The notes beneath the pieces are model-generated. The model saw nothing but the letters and a program-made list of their open reading frames with translations, had not been told where the DNA came from and did no database searches. From a virus, in the IMG/VR virus record IMGVR_UViG_3300037423_000623, positions 1 to 39,216 of that record: a DNA stretch of 39,216 bases; one strand, 5' to 3'. Below are positions 39,046-39,216 of the stretch, piece by piece (the first letter of the stretch is position 1; the number at the start of each line of letters is the position of its first letter). The translations under genes and the position numbers were made by a program.

Positions 39046-39216
39046 TCAGTTCAGCCGGGCTGGGGCATCGCCCAGGTAGCGGTGCAGGAAAAAGGCGATT
39101 GTCTCGACGGTCTCAAGATCGGGATAGGCCGCCAGCGCCTCCGTCACGTTGTCGCCGGCCTTCCCCAACATCGGGATCAGCATGAAATCGTCAAAGCGGT
39201 TTGGCCCGTCGGTGGT
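39046..39216 (-). CDS. Hypothetical protein, C-terminal part of the same junction-spanning ORF (stop TGA at 39048-39046)
   Basis: When the two repeat copies are superimposed, the frame from ATG 250 continues ...AFFLHRYLGDAPARLN-stop. This gives a 97-aa ORF made of 39046..39216 plus 128..250. Confidence 0.55.
   Translation of the reverse strand, partial: TTDGPNRFDDFMLIPMLGKAGDNVTEALAAYPDLETVETIAFFLHRYLGDAPARLN
39090..39216. repeat. Terminal direct repeat, right copy
   Basis: 127/127 identical to 1..127. The window ends exactly where the identity ends, so its true extent cannot be judged. Confidence 0.98.

Larger units (their letters stand above)
1..39216. mobile_element. Complete temperate phage genome (integrated prophage or circularised phage contig) with podovirus-like late gene order; 39,089 bp unique once the terminal repeat is collapsed
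   Basis: Integrase/excisionase, repressor switch, replication, terminase, portal, capsid, tail, ejection-protein and lysis modules fill the whole window. The ends are an exact 127-nt direct repeat. No tape-measure/tail-tube/chaperone-frameshift set was recognised. Confidence 0.9.

Noticed and set aside
1-39216. CRISPR arrays, tRNA/rRNA genes and IS/transposase elements.
   Set aside because: No regularly spaced short repeats, no cloverleaf-compatible intergenic segments and no transposase-like ORFs were seen. The intergenic space is very limited.

Overview
The window is essentially one complete temperate phage genome. It is GC-rich with an alphaproteobacterial/Rhizobiales-like coding style, but the host call is inference only. 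The first 127 nt are base-for-base identical to the last 127 nt, so the unique sequence is 39,089 bp. The window is therefore either a circularly closed or terminally redundant phage contig, or a prophage cut exactly at its direct repeats. Gene order, left to right: (1) a 97-aa ORF that wraps the junction, and an 80-aa ORF. (2) Integrase and excisionase. (3) A leftward early operon encoding a coiled-coil peptide, a Rha-type antirepressor, three small ORFs and a Tat-signal protein. It is headed by a P22 Arc-like repressor and opposed by a P22 Mnt-like repressor, giving an immI-like second immunity region. (4) A short cI-like/Cro-like HTH switch with repeated operator-like motifs on both sides of the repressor gene. 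(5) A gap-free, translationally coupled replication block: micro-ORF, ParB-like, HTH initiator-like, SF2 helicase, Zn-ribbon/Toprim primase, a second ParB-like protein and a putative late regulator, followed by a terminator. (6) terS, terL and portal. (7) An unusual ~5.7 kb block between portal and scaffold, containing lectin-fold and fibre-like proteins, a 3-TM protein and an antisense N-terminally short ParB-like gene. (8) Scaffold, major capsid and decoration genes, then a terminator. (9) A T7-like adaptor/nozzle order, a GNAT, and three ejection-type proteins, one with a C-terminal S74 chaperone domain and one with a lambda-lysozyme (GH104) domain. (10) An antisense membrane moron. (11) A tail fibre plus a LamG protein. 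(12) An antisense CE4 polysaccharide deacetylase moron. (13) A GH108 endolysin with a C-terminal TM anchor, a Cys-rich ORF, a mini-TM ORF, an overlapped spanin pair and a TM/coiled-coil protein, then a terminator. I recognised no tRNA, rRNA, CRISPR array, transposase, reverse transcriptase or methyltransferase. All product calls come from reading motifs in the translated ORFs; no database search was run. Many long minus-strand ORFs in the supplied track are shadow ORFs of GC-rich plus-strand genes, and several track ORFs carry spurious N-terminal extensions, which I trimmed.
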